A DNA stretch of 64,000 bases from Macrostomum lignano (lineage: Eukaryota). Location: contig NIVC01002689.1 of assembly GCA_002269645.1 (NCBI GenBank), positions 85,671-149,670 on the forward strand, written 5' to 3'. This document shows positions 60,180 through 64,000 of this stretch, piece by piece (the stretch's first letter is position 1; each line of letters opens with the position of its first letter). A model generated the notes under the pieces. That model worked only from the letters and a program-made list of their open reading frames with translations, ran no database searches and was not told the origin of the DNA. A program made the position numbers and the translations under genes.

Positions 60180-60365
60180 TAGGAGTGTGTACAGCGGCCC
60201 TAACTTTATTTATCGTTAGGCAGGTACCCCGTGCCTTCGGGGTTGGCCTTCAAGGGCGTTAATTGCACGAGCAGAGCCAAGCCGAGATTCCAATTTAGGC
60301 CCAAATTAATGTGACTGCACCTGGAATCGAGCCTGGGCCGCTGGCACATCAGAGGGCCGCGCTTT
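60180..60365 (-). mobile_element. Diverged copy of the tRNA-derived SINE-like family
   Basis: GTGTACAGCGGCCC..GTACCCCGTGCCTTCGGGGTTGGCC body; B-box-like GGCTCGATTCC on the minus strand (60323-60333). Confidence 0.55.
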
Positions 60366-60649
60366 AGAAAGTTTAATTAACAAAAAATTGAGACTAGTGA
60401 AAAAATATATATAAAGATCTTCATATGCTCCGTTTTACTGATATAAATATTTTGTTTGTTGCACCTTCCTCCGCACCCATGAGAAATGCCGGCTGCTTCA
60501 CCCGGCTGCTTGCCGTTATTTTTCTTCTCTTTTTTTCGAATAAGAGTGCTTTGATTATTTTTACTCAATAATTAACTTCTTCGGTGTTTGACTTTGAAAT
60601 TTTGTGCATTTGCGTTTTCATTCGGGTACACCGTAGTGTAAAGACACTA

Positions 60650-62260
60650 ATTCTTCAGTAAGCCCCGATTCTTCTGGGCTGTCTTATGCCAGACGCCAAT
60701 TCTTCAGTAAGCCCCGATTCTTCTGGGCTGTCTTATGCCAGACACCAATTCTTCAGTAAGCCCCGATTCTTCTGGCTGTCTTATGCCAGACGCCAATTCT
60801 TCAGTAAGCCCCGATTCTTCTGGGCTGTCTTATGCCAGACGCCAATTCTTCAGTAAGCCCCGATTCTTCTGGGCTGTCTTATGCCAGACGCCAATTCTTC
60901 AGTAAGCCCCGATTCTTCTGGGCTGTCTTATGCCAGACGCCAATTCTTCAGTAAGCCCCGATTCTTCTGGGCTGTCTTATGCCAGACACCAATTCTTCAG
61001 TAAGCCCCGATTCTTCTGGGCTGTCTTATGCCAGACACCAATTCTTCAGTAAGCCCCGATTCTTCAGTAAGCCTTGATTCTTACTCGTAAGTAGACCTTG
61101 TTTCTTTATTAAGCACCGATTCTTCAGTAAGCCTTGATTGTTAAGTAGACCTTGATTTTTCAGTAAGTCTTGATTCTTCAGTAAGTCTTGATTCTTCAGT
61201 AAGCCTTGATTCTTAAGTAGACCTTGATTTTTCAGTAAGTCTTGATTCTTCAGTAAGCCTTGATTCTTACTCGTAAGTAGACCTTGTTTCTTTATTAAGC
61301 ACCGATTCTTCAGTAAGCCTTGATTCTTAAGTAGACCTTGATTTTTCAGTAAGTCTTGATTCTTCAGTAAGTCTTGATTCTTCAGTAAGCCTTGATTCTT
61401 AAGTAGACCTTGATTTTTCAGTAAGTCTTGATTCTTCAGTAAGCACCGATTCTTCAGTAAGTCTTGATTCTTCAGTAAGTCTTGATTCTTCAGTAAGCCT
61501 TGATTCTTAAGTAGACCTTGATTCTTCAGTAAGTCTTGATTCTTCAGTAAGCACCGATTCTTCAGTAAGTCTTGATTCTTCAGTAAGTCTTGATTCTTCA
61601 GTAGACCTTGATTCTTCAGTAAGCACCGATTCTTCAGTAAGTCTTGATTCTTAAGTAGGCCTTGATTCTTCAGTAAGCCCCGATTCTTCAGTAAGCCCCG
61701 ATTCTTTAGTAAGCACCGATTCTTCAGTAAGCCCCAATTCTTCAGTAAGCCCCGATTCTTCAGTAAGCCCCGATTCTTCAGTAAGCCCCGATTCTTCAGT
61801 AAGCCCCGATTCTTCAGTAAGCCCCGATTCTTTAGTAAGCACCGATTCTTCAGTAAGTCTTGATTCTTCAGTAGACCTTGATTCTTCAGTAAGCACCGAT
61901 TCTTCAGTAAGTCACGATTCTTCAGTAAGCCCTGATTCTTCAGTAAGCTCCGATTCTTCAGTAAGTCTTGATTCTTCAGTAGGCCTTGATTCTTCAGTAG
62001 GCCTTGATTCTTCAGTAAGCCCCGATTCTTCAGTAGGCCTTGATTCTTCAGTAAGCACCGATTCTTCAGTAAGCACTGATTCTTCAGTAAGCACCGATTC
62101 TTCAGTAGGCCTTGATTCTTCAGTAAGTCTTGATTCTTCAGTAGGCCTTGATTCTTCAGTAAGCACCGATTCTTCAGTAGGCCTTGATTCTTCAGTAGGC
62201 CTTGGTTCTTCAGTAGCCTTGATTCTTCAGTAAGCCCCGATTCTTTAGTAAGCCCGACTC
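60650..62260 (+). repeat. Compound minisatellite: ~50-bp unit (60650-61070) followed by variant 18-bp units GATTCTTCAGTAAGnCnn
   Basis: Seen directly; the 50-bp unit contains the 18-bp core. Confidence 0.95.
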
Positions 62261-62814
62261 TCCAACAAGTCCCGATTATTCATTAGGCTCCGATTTTTCT
62301 ACAAGCGTCGAATCTTTAATACCGTTAGTAAGCCCAGATGCTTCCGTAAGCGCTGTGATTATTCAGTAAGCGCTTATTTTCCCATACAGGTAGTCCTTTA
62401 TCAGACGCCTAATAGTCCGCATTGAGTGCCAATCATAGCCAGCAGCACTGACGGTGCAATGTTTAACTTCAGTAAAAAATAAACAGCTGACGCGAAAAGA
62501 AGCTACCAGGTGCTCAGCCTGGACCATAAAAAATTCCAGTTTGCATGCAGGCTGCTGCCAATAGAAGCCGAGTGTCAACATCACAGCTTCTGTAAAACAA
62601 TGGGGGGGGGTTACTAGCGGCCACTGGGCACTAATTCTCAGACAGGAAATCAATATAGCCAGGAAATTGTTGACTTTCGCTTAGCAAATGCAAATCAACA
62701 TACAGAGCCCAGGATCCTTAAAATCAACTGGACTGGAGAACCGAAATTGTACACGTTGAATTTTTTCACTACTAAGGAGATTTCGCTTTGATAATTAAGG
62801 ATTTCTGATAAATT

Positions 62815-63080
62815 GCAGGCTAGCTGTAGCCTATTGAGCCTCGGACTCACGGCTGAAAGGTCGGGGTTCGATTCCCGATCCCACTGGAACAATTTGTGTC
62901 CTTGAGCAAGACAATTAACTCTACATTGCTTCAGTTCACCCAGCTGTAAAATGGGTTACCAGCATTAGCTGGGGTAATTGAGGGTGTGCGGCGACCCCCC
63001 AGTCCTTGGACTGAACAGCCGTACGCAGCCTTCAGATGCGCCGCGCAAATAGCTGCGGCTGAGCTGTCGGTTGCTCATCT
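62815..63080 (+). mobile_element. tRNA-derived SINE with a conserved central domain (V-/Nin-Deu-type resemblance)
   Basis: tRNA-like head with B-box GGTTCGATTCC (62865-62875), then GTGTCCTTGAGCAAGACA (62896-62913) and CACCCAGCTGTAAAATGGGTTACC (62937-62960). Confidence 0.7.
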
Positions 63081-63307
63081 GCCATTGGATGCAGTGCTGA
63101 CTAACTTTCGCCAGCTCGCTTCCAGTCCAGTTGACTTCCAGAGTCCATGACTTGGTGGAAAATTTATGAACAAGAACACCCAGCCTCTCACAGTGACTAC
63201 GGCAAGAATTTTATAGCTATCAAGTACCATTGCCAGTGGTCACGGCAGCTCCAGTGGCGACAGACACGACTCACGTGGACTCAGAAACGCTTGGAATTTT
63301 CATAAAA

Positions 63308-64000
63308 ATGCAACTCGCTCAACTCCTGCTGCTCATCTCAGCCGTGGCCGCCGGCAGCGCTTTGGACTTGCACGAAGTCCACAGCAGCAGCTGGTCGGGC
63401 GGTCGAGTCCGCCACTTTGCTCTCTCCTTCATCAAGCAAGCCAGCGATGTGCTGCAGTGCGCTGCACAGGCTGCCAAGCACCTGCTCGCTCATCAGCTGA
63501 TTGTCTTCATCCCTCGGATGGGGCACAGCAGCCGCAGTGCATCGTGGTGAGTGAGTCCTGGCTGCATTGCGTTGCCGAGACCTGTGTGTGACCAGTGACT
63601 GTAGTGTGTGAACAGTGTCTGTAGTGTGTGACCAGTGTCTGCAGTGTGTGACCAGTGACTGTATTTGTGACCAGTGACTGTAGTGTGTGAGCAGTGACTG
63701 TAGTGTGCGACCAGTGACTGTGGTGTGTGACCAGTGACTGTAGTGTGCGACCAGTGACTGTAGTGTGTGACCAGTGACTGTAGTGTGCGACCAGTGACTG
63801 TAGTGTGTGACCAGTGACTGTAGTGTGTGACCAGTGACTGTAGTATGTGAACAGTGACTGTAGTGTGTGAACAGTGTCTGCAGTGTGTGACCAGTGACTG
63901 TAGTGTGTGACCAGTGACTGTATGTGTGAGCAGTGTCTGCAGTGTGTGACCAGTGTCTGCAGTGTGTGAGCAGTGTCTGCAGTGTGTGAACAGTGTCTGC
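63308..64000 (+). pseudogene. Fibrinogen-related protein copy 3, exon 1 (63308..63546) and start of intron 1; two single-G deletions relative to copy 2; continues beyond the window
   Basis: Near-identical to 57955-58320. CGGGAC becomes CGGAT and GTGGGTGAG becomes GTGGTGAG, making exon 1 239 nt rather than 241 nt. Could be assembly error. Confidence 0.55.
63590..64000 (+). repeat. 20-bp minisatellite variant GTGTGACCAGTGACTGTAGT in FReD copy 3 intron 1
   Basis: Seen directly. Confidence 0.9.

Noticed and set aside
62815-62885. Functional tRNA gene
   Set aside because: The A-box/D-arm is degenerate, no acceptor-stem partner or poly-T terminator is evident, and it continues into a SINE body.

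Overview
Eukaryotic (animal) genomic DNA with GC-rich exons, GT-AG introns mostly filled with minisatellites, and AT-rich intergenic DNA. The style and gene content suggest a free-living flatworm such as Macrostomum; this is an inference, not a database result. Hand-spliced gene models, left to right: NBAS 3' end (+), SNRNP40 (+, 2 exons), PPCDC (+, 2 exons), an 18-exon TPR+CHAT TTC28-like gene (-), C11orf65/MFI (-, 3 exons), an MPP-beta/Core-1 M16 protein (-, 3 exons), a Gfo/Idh/MocA oxidoreductase (+, 7 exons) and an intronless BIR+UBA IAP without RING (-). From 47.5 kb onward lies a cluster of five secreted PAN/apple + lectin-like genes: three fibrinogen-domain (FReD) copies, two of them inverted around a tandem pair of LamG-like genes. 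Both paralogue pairs have a near-identical block joined sharply to a strongly diverged C-terminal lectin region. Other notable points: the M16 gene has no in-frame ATG and may get its start codon from a spliced leader; the CHAT and M16 proteins have altered catalytic residues; two co-oriented gene trios could be operons; two minisatellites can be traced to a hAT MITE and to a SINE. Mobile DNA includes two MITEs with target-site duplications, a fossil hAT transposase and tRNA-derived SINEs. Most long ORFs in the supplied track are minisatellite artefacts. All exon boundaries were read by eye and need RNA confirmation.
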